Source: Candidatus Oleimmundimicrobium sp.
GTDB taxonomy: Bacteria; Actinomycetota; Aquicultoria; UBA3085; Oleimmundimicrobiaceae
Length of the DNA: 64,000 nt
Assembly (NCBI RefSeq): GCF_030651595.1
Contig: NZ_JAUSCH010000084.1
Coordinates: 1,338 to 65,337, forward strand
Reading direction: 5' to 3'
In this document: positions 9,226 to 18,847 of the stretch, one piece after another
How the letters are laid out: every line of letters starts with the position of its first letter
Position numbering within the stretch: the stretch's first letter is position 1
Notes under the pieces: generated by a model
Database searches by the model: none
Told to the model about the DNA's origin: nothing
The model's input: the letters and a program-made list of their open reading frames with translations, nothing else
Position numbers and translations under genes: made by a program

Positions 9226-10901
9226 TTGAGCGCATCCTCCAGTTCTTCTACCATAAAGATTGACTCAAGGCCCAGTTTTTTGGCGATGTGGTAAGAGTCG
9301 GGGGCGCTTAAGTTTGCTCGGCGCAAGATGTCTTCCTGTTCAAAAACACTTTCCGGCGAACCTTGAGCTATAATTTCTCCCTTATCCATAACCAAGATGG
9401 TATCGGCGTATCGTATCGCTGTTTGGACATCGTGGGTGCAAAAGACGACGGTCTTTCCCCCGTCCTTTGGGATCAAGTAGGCCATCATCTCTTCAATGTG
9501 GATTCTATCTTGTCCTGTGGTGGGTTCGTCTAAGAGAATTAACTTCGGTTGCATCGAAATGATGGAAGCCACGGCAGTCCGAAGCCTTTGGCCTCGGCTT
9601 AAAGCAAGGGGACAGTCGGCCATTAATTTCCCGATGGACATTGCCTCCAAAGATTGCCTGGCTAGCTCATCTGCCTTTTCCAAATGGAGATTCTGGGGAC
9701 CAAACATCGCTTCACCCCAAACGGTATCAGAAAGAAGCATAAGGTCTGGATTTTGGAATACCACTCCCACCTGGTTTGCTAAAGAGTAGGGGTTAATTTT
9801 GCAAGTGTCCGCGTTAAACACCCCAATCCTTCCCGAAGACGGCTTAAGTATGGCTGCCAAGTGAAGAAGAAGGGTGGTTTTGCCGGAGCCGTTGCTTCCC
9901 ATGAGGGCTACTACTTCACCTTCCCTGATGCTTAGGTCGATATTTTTGAGAACACACTCTCCCTTCTTCGAATAAGAGAAAGAAACATCTTTTGCTGAGA
10001 CGACCTCATTCCCCAGCCTCCGGGGAGGCCGATCGCGGCTAACGCTCGTTACTTTTTTAAGGAAGTCGTTTTCGATTCTACCTCGCACCGTCTCTATCGC
10101 TTGTTTGCTTGTCAACGGTCTTTCCGGGAAACCGAGAGCGAAGAAGAGTTTAATGGGCTCAGGGACCCTCAGGCCCAGATTTTCGAATATCTCGAGCTTG
10201 GCAAAAGCTTTCCCGGTGGGCTCATCGAGAACCAATTCCCCTTCATCCATCACGAGGATGCGGGAGGCCATATGCGCTATCTCGTGAATTCTGTGCTCGA
10301 CCAAAATCACCGTGATGTTTTGCTCCACGTTGAGCCGCTTTATGATGTCTAAAACTTCTTTGGCTCCCACGGGGTCCAATTGGCTTAGAGGTTCATCCAA
10401 AGCGAGGATGCGGGGCTCCATGGCCAGAACCGATGCTATGGCCACCCTTTGCTTTTGTCCTCCCGAAAGAGTGCCTATCTGAGCTTGACGCAGGTTTTTC
10501 ATACCCACTTTCCGAAGAGCCAAGTCGATGCCTCTATCTATTTCGTTTTTACCAAGGCACAGATTTTCCAGGCCGAAGGCCACTTCGTCCTCGATGACGG
10601 TTGAAAAGAGCTGGTCGTCTGGACTTTGGAAAACCATGCCTACTTGTTTGCAAATGTCTTGCATCTCGGCGGTATTGGTATCCAAGCCGTTTACTTTAAC
10701 GGTTCCCTCCATCTTCCCTCCCGATTGATGAGGGATGATGCCGTTTAAGGTTTTAAGCAAAGTGCTCTTGCCACAACCCGTGGGGCCCGTAAGCAGCACA
10801 AACTCCCCTGGCTGAACGCTCAAGTTAATTCCTTTAATAGTCAGTTTTTCTCTGCCCGCGTATGTGAATTTTAAATTGTCAATGGATAAAGAACCTCTCA
10901 T
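9204..10901 (-). CDS. ECF transporter ATPase with duplicated ABC domains (fused EcfA-EcfA', CbiO-like)
   Basis: Two Walker A motifs (GPTGCGKST, GSNGSGKTT). Two signature motifs (LSGGQKQR, LSRGQRLR). Two Walker B motifs. Confidence 0.85.
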   Translation of the reverse strand: MRGSLSIDNLKFTYAGREKLTIKGINLSVQPGEFVLLTGPTGCGKSTLLKTLNGIIPHQSGGKMEGTVKVNGLDTNTAEMQDICKQVGMVFQSPDDQLFSTVIEDEVAFGLENLCLGKNEIDRGIDLALRKVGMKNLRQAQIGTLSGGQKQRVAIASVLAMEPRILALDEPLSQLDPVGAKEVLDIIKRLNVEQNITVILVEHRIHEIAHMASRILVMDEGELVLDEPTGKAFAKLEIFENLGLRVPEPIKLFFALGFPERPLTSKQAIETVRGRIENDFLKKVTSVSRDRPPRRLGNEVVSAKDVSFSYSKKGECVLKNIDLSIREGEVVALMGSNGSGKTTLLLHLAAILKPSSGRIGVFNADTCKINPYSLANQVGVVFQNPDLMLLSDTVWGEAMFGPQNLHLEKADELARQSLEAMSIGKLMADCPLALSRGQRLRTAVASIISMQPKLILLDEPTTGQDRIHIEEMMAYLIPKDGGKTVVFCTHDVQTAIRYADTILVMDKGEIIAQGSPESVFEQEDILRRANLSAPDSYHIAKKLGLESIFMVEELEDALKCLIPPH

Positions 10902-10910
10902 TTAAAACAC

Positions 10911-12827
10911 CTATTCCATAATTTTTCTTAAACTGAATCCCAATCTTGTTCCCACCAAGGCACCCACCAAAGTGTATAAGAAGCCATCGATTACCGCGTA
11001 GGCATGAACGTACCAGGTCGTATAGTAAAGTCTGTATAAAAATATCGTGGTGCCGAAATTTATGTAAACGGAAAGGGTATCGGCCAACGCACAGGCAATT
11101 CCCACCGTGGCGAGAACACGCCATCTCTTTTCCGCGCCGATATCCGTCAGAATGCCGTTTTTCCTGGTCACGCCAAAGAGATATAGGGTGGTCTCGAGCA
11201 AAAAAATCAGAGATGCTTTCCACATGAGGGTGACGGGGCTAAAATTGCCGAGCACCACTCCCCCTAAAAGAAAACTTACACCCAAAGCGAGGGTCACCAC
11301 TCCCGGCCTGGGAATGAGGACCACAAGAGACATGATGAGAGCGTAAAGAATAATTTCATAAAAGATTCCTGTGATTAAGAAGCTAAAGGGGCCCAGGATG
11401 GCATGGAGGAAGTCCCAAAGGAGGGTGCCGGGCACATTGACCGTAATGAAAGTGGCCGTGCCAAAAAGAGCTATTATTACCAGCCATTTGGTCTTAAATC
11501 TTTTAAAAAATGCCTTTTGACAAATCATAAGATACCCAAGTCCCATCACTGTGATTAAAAAAGCTGCGAGAGTGATGAGCCCTGGGACCGGGTTTCTGGT
11601 GATGACATCGATCTCTTTTTGTTTTTTAGAGATGGCCTTGTCTGTCCCGAATATTTTAATTTCGCTCTCCAAAATATATTTACCCCCTAAGACCTCGGCC
11701 ACATCGACATAGATGGGAAAGGTTACTTTTTCTTCCGATTTCCCGGTCACCGAAACCACGGCGTAACTTACTCCCGTGCCGCCGCTTTTGGTGGAGGGAA
11801 CCCGAAAAGCCCGGGCTATCTTTTTTGTCTTGGGGTCCAGTACTTTGGATGTTACAAGAAAGACCACGTTATCTTGATTTTCATTTCTGACCGTGGTGGT
11901 GGCAAAAGCAAGAGGATGCTCGAGATAATCAATCTCTTTATCATCAGTTTTAAGTATTCTTTTTAAGAAATTGTTACCATCCACGCTTAAGGCCAGAGTA
12001 TTTTCCTTCTTACGAGAATCAAAATCTCCCTCGTCATCGGTGGGTACTTTGATTCCAGCTATATGAGCCAGGCCTTCAGCCTCTTTTAAAGAGATTACGC
12101 GCAGTTCTTTTTCTTTTTGGAACCGCGTGATTTTGTACTCGCCGTTTATCGTTTCCGCGACGGTGGCTTCTCCCCCGATTTTGTAAATGCCTGCAGCGAG
12201 AGTGGACGGCACTTCAAATTCCAGCAATTCGTTGAAGTTATCAAATTCTGTTACCAGCTTGCACTCGGCCGTGAGGATGTGACCTTCTTTTGTCTCTTTT
12301 GTCTCAAAAATTGAGGGTGTTCGAATCGGCTTGAACTCTTTAGGTAGAGTCAATTTAACGCTTGCTTGCAGGGGGTTGCCGGAGTAACTTTCTAAAAAAA
12401 CGGTGGCCGTGACCATGCTTCCTTTGACAACAAGGCTTCTCTCGTCGCTTTCCCCCGTCCCATAGGGGGCCTGAATAGAGAATTTAGCAACGGAGGTCGG
12501 CTTGGCTGGAGATTTTAACTCCTTTTCTATCATATCTCCGTTCTTGAGATTGATTTGGAATAAGTAAGACCGAGCCTCCTCCCAATCAAGAAAGAGGATG
12601 ACTTGTTTTGAGACTTCCGAATCGATGGTGGCCATGGTTATGAGCGAGCCATCCTGGTCAAAGACGCTCACCGAGGATATTGGGGTTTCCCTCGAAAGCT
12701 CAATTACGGCCCTATGGTGTCCAAACTCAATGGTTTTTATTTTTAAATCTTTCTCCTCTTTACCCCGGCAACCCGAAACCAAAAAGACAACCAGAGCTAA
12801 AATGAGGATTGTTTTGAGTTTTCTCAC
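10911..12827 (-). CDS. Large membrane lipoprotein: lipobox, about 400-aa extracytoplasmic domain, then a C-terminal block of about 6 TM helices (possible ECF substrate-capture/S-component-like protein)
   Basis: N-terminus MRKLKTILILALVVFLVSGC (lipobox). Beta-rich soluble domain. C-terminal hydrophobic helices (ITLAAFLITVMGLGYL...). Co-oriented and adjacent to EcfA/EcfT. Confidence 0.5.
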   Translation of the reverse strand: MRKLKTILILALVVFLVSGCRGKEEKDLKIKTIEFGHHRAVIELSRETPISSVSVFDQDGSLITMATIDSEVSKQVILFLDWEEARSYLFQINLKNGDMIEKELKSPAKPTSVAKFSIQAPYGTGESDERSLVVKGSMVTATVFLESYSGNPLQASVKLTLPKEFKPIRTPSIFETKETKEGHILTAECKLVTEFDNFNELLEFEVPSTLAAGIYKIGGEATVAETINGEYKITRFQKEKELRVISLKEAEGLAHIAGIKVPTDDEGDFDSRKKENTLALSVDGNNFLKRILKTDDKEIDYLEHPLAFATTTVRNENQDNVVFLVTSKVLDPKTKKIARAFRVPSTKSGGTGVSYAVVSVTGKSEEKVTFPIYVDVAEVLGGKYILESEIKIFGTDKAISKKQKEIDVITRNPVPGLITLAAFLITVMGLGYLMICQKAFFKRFKTKWLVIIALFGTATFITVNVPGTLLWDFLHAILGPFSFLITGIFYEIILYALIMSLVVLIPRPGVVTLALGVSFLLGGVVLGNFSPVTLMWKASLIFLLETTLYLFGVTRKNGILTDIGAEKRWRVLATVGIACALADTLSVYINFGTTIFLYRLYYTTWYVHAYAVIDGFLYTLVGALVGTRLGFSLRKIME

Positions 12828-12911
12828 AAGCCTCCAACCTCTTCATGTTAAAAGAAATTGAGAGAAGAGGAAATGGATATGATGGTTCCTCTTCTCTCAA
12901 AATGGGTCGCG

Positions 12912-14612
12912 CTACCTAACGAAATGGATTTTGTGATTTCCGCTTATGCTCTTATCTTCCATTTGAATCGGTGCCTCAATTGCGGCAATACTCTCTCCGT
13001 TGTTTGAAATTGTGGCAATGGCGCAGATGCCCTCCATGGGATAGAACCAGCACAATTTGTTGCTAGCGTTGCCTTCCTTTGTTAAGTCGAAGCACTGCAC
13101 GCCGGCCATGTCTTTGTTTTGACTTACCCAGTCATGAGCTACCCCAACCACCATGTATCGATTATCTTGAGAGAATAGCGGACAACCGATTTTTCCCTCG
13201 GCCTTCCATTTCCACTGAAGTTTCCCTTCGTTGGAATAGGCAAATATGGTTGTGGCGTCCGGATGAACCGCGGGCGGTGTACCGGAACATTTTGTCTTAT
13301 CCGCGGAGTAAGTGACGCTGGTGGCAAAGATGGCGTTGCCCTCATTGTCCACGTGAGTGCCGTTGCCATAGGCATAAATGGGAACCCCGCTTACCTCCTG
13401 AATCTTGGAAATTTCCTTCATCCACACGAGCTTGAGCTCGCCGGTCTCTTTTGCTTTAGTTAAGTCGAAGAGAAATCCTCTTCCATCTCCTGCCATGGCC
13501 GTGAAATGATTGCCGTCTGGAGAGATGCAGATACCATCCCAAATTCCCACGAATTTAAAGTACGGCTCCAGGGCATCGACCTTGTAGACGGCCATTTCCT
13601 TTCCGGTTTCTCCATTTAAGAGACGGACTGTGCCATCGGGATATTTTTCCTGAACCATGCCGTAGTTCCAGCTCTGATTGACGAACATCACCTTGTTTCC
13701 ATCCGGGGTGGCTACCACCTTCGGTACGCCTGTATCCATGGGTTCGTCTTCTGGGAACCGCCACTTTGTTTTGCCGGACTCCACATCAAACGCGTAGATG
13801 AAGCACTTGGTTTTGTAAACGGTTACCTCTTTGTCTTCCACCATCTTATTTTCTTTTTGTTTCAGTTGTCCCGCGGCGAAAGCCGTATCTCCTGAAACGG
13901 TCAGACTATAAATCATGGGGCGGTAGTACCAGTAGCTGTCGGTGCTCGTTCCCACGTCCTCTGATACTTTATATTTCCAAAGCTCTTCACCGGTTTTGGT
14001 GTTGAAAGCATAAAGATAACCATCGGCGCTTGCTTCGCCAGCGAGAAGTATCTCGCCGTTGCTAGAGAAAGCAACCTTTTTGCCGACTCCGTCGGGAACC
14101 TGGTAGTCCCAGAGCTTCTTTCCGGCGTTGTCGAAGACGTAGAACTTCCCGTCGAAACCCGCTATCGCGATATATTTTCCATCCGGCGAGACAATTGTTT
14201 CCTCAGAAGGGACGCCTTGCCAATCTCCTATCTGAGGAAGTTCTTCCAGGGAACCAAGTTTTGCTTCCCCGAGTTTATAGGCGGAAGGTTTCTTTGGAGA
14301 CTCGGTTTCTTGGGTTATCACGCCTTCCTCTGATTTTATTGTGATGGCGCATTTCTCATTTGGTTCCCATTCGAAGGAGGCCAGTATGGTCTTTGTGTTT
14401 GGCTGAGTGAAATCAACCTTTTTGTCGGCTACTTTAACTTCTGAGACATCGCGCGCTTCGCTTAAAACAAGAACTGCTCCCATTCTGGTAAACAGGGCCG
14501 ACTCTAATTTTGCGACATCCTTCTTTCCCGAACAGCCGCTTAGAAGGGGCATGATGAAGGCCACAGAAAGTATAATGCCGATTATTTTTGCCAATCTTTT
14601 TTTATATTTCAC
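12912..14612 (-). CDS. PQQ-like beta-propeller repeat lipoprotein
   Basis: Lipobox LLSGCSG. Recurring blade motifs (FDNAGKKLWDYQV, FNTKTGEELWKYKV, FDVESGKTKWRF, NEGKLQWKWKA). Confidence 0.7.
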   Translation of the reverse strand: MKYKKRLAKIIGIILSVAFIMPLLSGCSGKKDVAKLESALFTRMGAVLVLSEARDVSEVKVADKKVDFTQPNTKTILASFEWEPNEKCAITIKSEEGVITQETESPKKPSAYKLGEAKLGSLEELPQIGDWQGVPSEETIVSPDGKYIAIAGFDGKFYVFDNAGKKLWDYQVPDGVGKKVAFSSNGEILLAGEASADGYLYAFNTKTGEELWKYKVSEDVGTSTDSYWYYRPMIYSLTVSGDTAFAAGQLKQKENKMVEDKEVTVYKTKCFIYAFDVESGKTKWRFPEDEPMDTGVPKVVATPDGNKVMFVNQSWNYGMVQEKYPDGTVRLLNGETGKEMAVYKVDALEPYFKFVGIWDGICISPDGNHFTAMAGDGRGFLFDLTKAKETGELKLVWMKEISKIQEVSGVPIYAYGNGTHVDNEGNAIFATSVTYSADKTKCSGTPPAVHPDATTIFAYSNEGKLQWKWKAEGKIGCPLFSQDNRYMVVGVAHDWVSQNKDMAGVQCFDLTKEGNASNKLCWFYPMEGICAIATISNNGESIAAIEAPIQMEDKSISGNHKIHFVR

Positions 14613-14926
14613 GCAGATTGCGCTCCTTTCAAGTTTTTATTTACATTAACAACATTGCAAGCTTAAGTCCGAATTTAGCTTTTTGATTTTCACCTCCTTG
14701 GTAAACAAAACAGTTTTCGATAATTGTTGCCAAATAAAAAGACCACAAAAATCTCATCCAGCTTTTGAGCCGGGTAAGACCTTCGTGGCCTAATTTCGGA
14801 AAAAGTTCTAATTTACAAAGCTGCAACCTTCGGGTTGCTCTATAATAAGTTAGACAAATTAATAGCATAATTTTAAAAAGATTACAATGTTTTATTCAAC
14901 GATACTGCTTCGTCAGAATTTTTTAA

Positions 14927-16132
14927 ATGCGTGATTGGGGAGTTGAAGTGGAGAACAAAGGAAGAGATTTTTTGATTCCCGGGATAAAAAAGAACGTCTT
15001 CGTTTTAGGGTTAGTGAGCTTATTTACCGATATAAGCAGCGAGATGATATATCCTCTCGTGCCAATTTTTCTAACCAGTGTTTTGGGAGCGCCGGTTGCT
15101 GTCGTTGGTTTAATTGAGGGCGTTGCGGAGAGCACCGCGAGCATTTTGAAGACCTTCTCCGGCTGGCTTTCGGATAAATACGAGAAAAGAAAACCGTTTG
15201 TTCTGGGAGGGTATTCTCTTTCCGCTCTTGGAAAACTTCTTTTAAGCGTGGCTTTCGTCTGGCCCACGGTTTTAACGGCTCGCTTTGTGGACCGCTTGGG
15301 CAAAGGAGTTAGAACCTCAGCGAGGGATGCTCTTATTGCTGATGAAACTGATTCTATTAATCGGGGCAGAGCCTTTGGTTTTCATCGGGCGATGGATACA
15401 ACCGGCGCGGTTATCGGGCCACTAATTGTCTTAATCTTAATGGCTGTTTTAAAAGAACAATATCGATTGATTTTTTTGCTTTCTTTCTTTCCGGCTGTCT
15501 TAGGTGTTGCTCTTCTCTTTTTCTTTGTGAAAGAGAAAAAAAGACAAACTTTTAGCTCAAAAGAAGCTCCTCGTTTAAGCTTGGCCGGCTTTGACAAGAA
15601 TTTTAAAATGCTTCTTTTAATCGTGGTTGTTTTTGGGCTTGGCAACTCCAGCGATGTTTTTCTGATTTTAAGAGCAAAAAATCTAGGCCTTTCGGCTACC
15701 TTGGTTGTTTTAGCCTACGTTCTTTACAATGTAGTTTACGCATCTTTTTCGATGCCGGCCGGCATTCTTTCTGATAGGGTGGGAAGAAAAAAGCTAATGG
15801 TTGGCGGTTTTCTAATATTTTCCGGAGTTTATTTTGTCCTCGCGTTTATATCTAAATCCGTTTATATTTGGCCGCTTTTTGCCATATATGGTTTGTATAT
15901 TGCAGCCACAGAGGGTGTGAGCAGGGCTTTGGTAACTGACATGGCAGGGCCGGAGAATAAGGGTACGGCACTAGGGCTTTATCATACAGCGGTGGGGTTG
16001 GTAACATTTGCGGCCAGCTTGATTGCCGGCTTGCTCTGGACATACATTAATCCGTCGGCGCCTTTTATCTACGGCGGTTTAACATCATTATTAGCCGCAA
16101 TTTTATTTATTCTTTTTATGCCACTTGAGTAA
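14927..16132 (+). CDS. MFS transporter
   Basis: About 12 TM helices. MFS-like motif GRKKLMVGG. Confidence 0.75.
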   Translation: MRDWGVEVENKGRDFLIPGIKKNVFVLGLVSLFTDISSEMIYPLVPIFLTSVLGAPVAVVGLIEGVAESTASILKTFSGWLSDKYEKRKPFVLGGYSLSALGKLLLSVAFVWPTVLTARFVDRLGKGVRTSARDALIADETDSINRGRAFGFHRAMDTTGAVIGPLIVLILMAVLKEQYRLIFLLSFFPAVLGVALLFFFVKEKKRQTFSSKEAPRLSLAGFDKNFKMLLLIVVVFGLGNSSDVFLILRAKNLGLSATLVVLAYVLYNVVYASFSMPAGILSDRVGRKKLMVGGFLIFSGVYFVLAFISKSVYIWPLFAIYGLYIAATEGVSRALVTDMAGPENKGTALGLYHTAVGLVTFAASLIAGLLWTYINPSAPFIYGGLTSLLAAILFILFMPLE

Positions 16133-16220
16133 TTTTTTCATGTCGGGGCAGGTGAATTTTTGTTTTGTTTGTGCTATCTTTTTGTTAAAGTATCCTCTTT
16201 TGGGTGGTGTAAAAATCTAG

Positions 16221-18020
16221 GTGGCTTATATTTCTCTTTATAGAAAATATCGACCTCAAACACTTGAAGAAGTGGTTGGCCAAAAACATATAACCCACAC
16301 GCTTTCCAATGCGGTTAAGCATAATAAAATATCTCATGCTTATTTATTTTGCGGTCCAAGGGGAACGGGGAAAACGAGTGTAGCTAAAATCTTGGCTAAG
16401 ATGCTCAATTGTAAAAATGGTCCCACCCCCACCCCTTGCAATAAATGCGAAGCTTGTAATCAGATTAACAATGGGAGCTTCCTTGATGTTTTTGAAATAG
16501 ATGCTGCTTCAAATCGGGGAATTGATGAGATCCGCGATCTTAAAGGAAAGATTAACTTTTCACCCACCGAAGGCTATATGAAGGTCTACATAATTGATGA
16601 AGTGCACATGCTCACCCCTGAAGCGTTCAACGCGCTTCTTAAAACATTAGAAGAACCTCCTTCTCATGTAATTTTTGTTCTAGCCACAACGGAGCCACAC
16701 AAAGTTTTATCTACAATTTTATCTCGCTGTCAGCGTTTTGATTTTAGGCGAATTCTTACATCTGATATGGTGGCAAGATTGTTATTTGTGGCTGAAGCTG
16801 AAGGGATTAACGCGGAAGAAACCGCGCTAACCTTAATCGCGAAACATGCTCAGGGTAGTTTACGAGATGCTCTGGGTACGTTAGACCAGCTATCTTCCTT
16901 TATTGGGAAAAATATAAAAACTTGTGATGTAACTACTTTATTGGGGATGTTTGATACGGAACTCCTTTTTGATGTTGTAGAAACATTGTATAAAAGAGAT
17001 ACGGCCTCTACTTTTGAATATGTTGAAAAACTGATTGCAAGCGGCAGGGACCCTAAGCAGTTTACTAAGGATTTAATTGAATATATTCGGGCACTTTTTA
17101 TAATTAAAAACACCGAAACAGCAAACGAAATAATCAATGTAACGCCCGAAGTTTTTGCTAAGATGGAAAACCAGGCTGTTCGTTTTCAGAACACTGAGCT
17201 TATGCGATTTTTAGATGTTTTAAGCACATCTCACAGTCAAATGCGTTGGAATCCCGATGTGAAGCTGGTTTTGGAGATGACCTTGGTGAAACTTACAAGG
17301 CCGGAAACAAATTCATCTATTGATGGGTTGCTTTGCCGGGTTGAGAAGCTTGAAAGATTAATTGAAGGGCAAAAGATTGGAGTTGCCAAAGAGAAAAAAG
17401 AGAGCTTGAATATAGAAAAAGGTGTGGAATCTGCTTCAACTGAAGAAAAGAAAAAAATTGAGCATGTATGCGTTAAAAGTCAAAATGAACACGAGAAATT
17501 GGAGAAGGCGGAGGAGAAAAGGAGTAAAAAACCGGATGATACCGGTTTAAAGTCAGAAAGTGTAAAAGAGAAGAAAGAAGATAAAGAAGCCAAGTGCCAG
17601 AAATCTAATGTGGCCGGTAGTTCTAGAGATACTGATAAAGCAAAACGTGCCTGGCCGGTTGTTTTAGATAAAGTTAAAAAGAAAAAGATATCTACCTATG
17701 CCTTATTGCTTGAATGTCAGCCGGCTGAACTTGAGAATTCAAAATTAACTCTTAAATTTAATCGAAACGCGGGTTTTCATAAGAGCGAAATTGAAAGGCC
17801 TCAAAACTTTAGACTGGTGCGAGAATCTTTGGAAGAAGTTTTGGGTTTTAAGATTAAGATGAATTGTGTTTTGGATGTGGGCGGAGAATCAATTAAAGCA
17901 GAAGCAAAAAAGGAAGATGAGATGTTGGATAGAGAAAATATCGTTGATTTGTTGCAGCGAGATTTTGACGCGGAGATAACCGAGGAAAATGTTGTTGATG
18001 AAAAAGGGGATATTAAATAA
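16221..18020 (+). CDS. dnaX: DNA polymerase III subunit gamma/tau
   Basis: YRPQTLEEVVGQ, GPRGTGKTS, zinc module CNKCEACNQI, DEVHML. Confidence 0.95.
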   Translation: MAYISLYRKYRPQTLEEVVGQKHITHTLSNAVKHNKISHAYLFCGPRGTGKTSVAKILAKMLNCKNGPTPTPCNKCEACNQINNGSFLDVFEIDAASNRGIDEIRDLKGKINFSPTEGYMKVYIIDEVHMLTPEAFNALLKTLEEPPSHVIFVLATTEPHKVLSTILSRCQRFDFRRILTSDMVARLLFVAEAEGINAEETALTLIAKHAQGSLRDALGTLDQLSSFIGKNIKTCDVTTLLGMFDTELLFDVVETLYKRDTASTFEYVEKLIASGRDPKQFTKDLIEYIRALFIIKNTETANEIINVTPEVFAKMENQAVRFQNTELMRFLDVLSTSHSQMRWNPDVKLVLEMTLVKLTRPETNSSIDGLLCRVEKLERLIEGQKIGVAKEKKESLNIEKGVESASTEEKKKIEHVCVKSQNEHEKLEKAEEKRSKKPDDTGLKSESVKEKKEDKEAKCQKSNVAGSSRDTDKAKRAWPVVLDKVKKKKISTYALLLECQPAELENSKLTLKFNRNAGFHKSEIERPQNFRLVRESLEEVLGFKIKMNCVLDVGGESIKAEAKKEDEMLDRENIVDLLQRDFDAEITEENVVDEKGDIK

Positions 18021-18063
18021 AATTAGCAGTTAAAACATTATTCTTAAAGGAGAGATAACATTT

Positions 18064-18372
18064 ATGGACATTGGTAAATTAATGAAGCAAGCTAAAAAAA
18101 TGCAGCAGGAAATGGTCAAAATTCAAGAAAAATTGGCTGACGAACGGATTGAGGCGAGCGCCGGAGGTGGAGCTGTTAAGGTTGTTGTAAACGGGAAGCA
18201 GGAATTGCTTGATATAAAAATTGACCCCAGCGTTGTGGACCCTGATGATATAGAGATGCTTCAAGATTTAGTGCTTGCCGCTGCCAACGAAGCTCTTCAG
18301 CAAAGCAGGGATTTGGCCGCGCAAAGAGTTAATAGTGTTACGGGTGGCATGGGCATACCGGGCTTGACATAA
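18064..18372 (+). CDS. ybaB: Nucleoid-associated protein YbaB/EbfC
   Basis: 102 aa, MKQAKKMQQEMVKIQEKL.... Conserved dnaX-ybaB synteny. Confidence 0.9.
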   Translation: MDIGKLMKQAKKMQQEMVKIQEKLADERIEASAGGGAVKVVVNGKQELLDIKIDPSVVDPDDIEMLQDLVLAAANEALQQSRDLAAQRVNSVTGGMGIPGLT

Positions 18373-18847
18373 TATGGCAAATGCCTGCCCGCCTCCCCGC
18401 CTGCCTACGCCTATGATGCCGTTAGGCATTGGCGGGCAGGTGGCGGGGCAGATGGCTGATGGCAGATGGCATATAGAAAAAGAAGGGTAAAGGAAAAGTC
18501 AAAAGTCAACAAAGCTGGTGGCTTATGGCTGATAGCAGATGGCAAACAGGGTATGGAGTGTTGTAATAAGACCAGCAATCTGGCCGACAAACTACTGACT
18601 TCCCACCAAGAGACTACCGACTGATTAGTAGAGGATAAAGGGTAAAGGATTAAGCGGTAAGGATTAAGAAGCAAGTTGGAAATGTACAGGAGATTAAGTT
18701 GTGATTAGGTAGTAATTAAGTAGAGATTAAGAATAAGACCATTAATTTCAATGAATTACAATAAATTTCAATTAATTTCAAAGCAACTGAAGCCTAGTGT
18801 TTGAAGTCTGATTTATGCAAATTGTTAATGGTTAAAGGAGTGATTTT
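18373..18847. repeat. Intergenic insertion built of tandem degenerate heptamers plus a GC-rich imperfect hairpin; it separates ybaB from recR
   Basis: Heptamer runs GCAGATG GCTGATG GCAGATG, GCTTATG GCTGATA GCAGATG, GGATAAA GGGTAAA GGATTAA GCGGTAA GGATTAA, and AGTCAAA AGTCAAC. A block ccagcaatctggccgacaaactactgacttcccaccaagagactaccgactgat shares about 85% identity with 58232-58288. Confidence 0.7.

Noticed and set aside
14613-14926. Looked for a cobalamin riboswitch or other leader upstream (minus strand) of the lipoprotein-ECF-chelatase operon
   Set aside because: No GCCACTG B12-box or recognisable riboswitch core was found on the minus-strand reading. Only a small hairpin (gcaacccgaaggttgc) is present. 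The region is also the divergent promoter for the MFS gene.
16133-16220. Checked for an SRP RNA (ffs), which often precedes dnaX
   Set aside because: Too short, and it lacks the conserved SRP domain IV tetraloop context.
17439-17460. Possible dnaX -1 programmed frameshift site at the GAA AAG AAA AAA ATT run
   Set aside because: In frame the codons are AAG|AAA|AAA, which does not form an X_XXY_YYZ heptamer. No downstream stem-loop is evident. Treated as an ordinary lysine-rich stretch.
18373-18847. Considered a CRISPR array because of short repeated words
   Set aside because: The repeats are 7-nt tandem units without regular repeat-spacer architecture. No cas genes are present.
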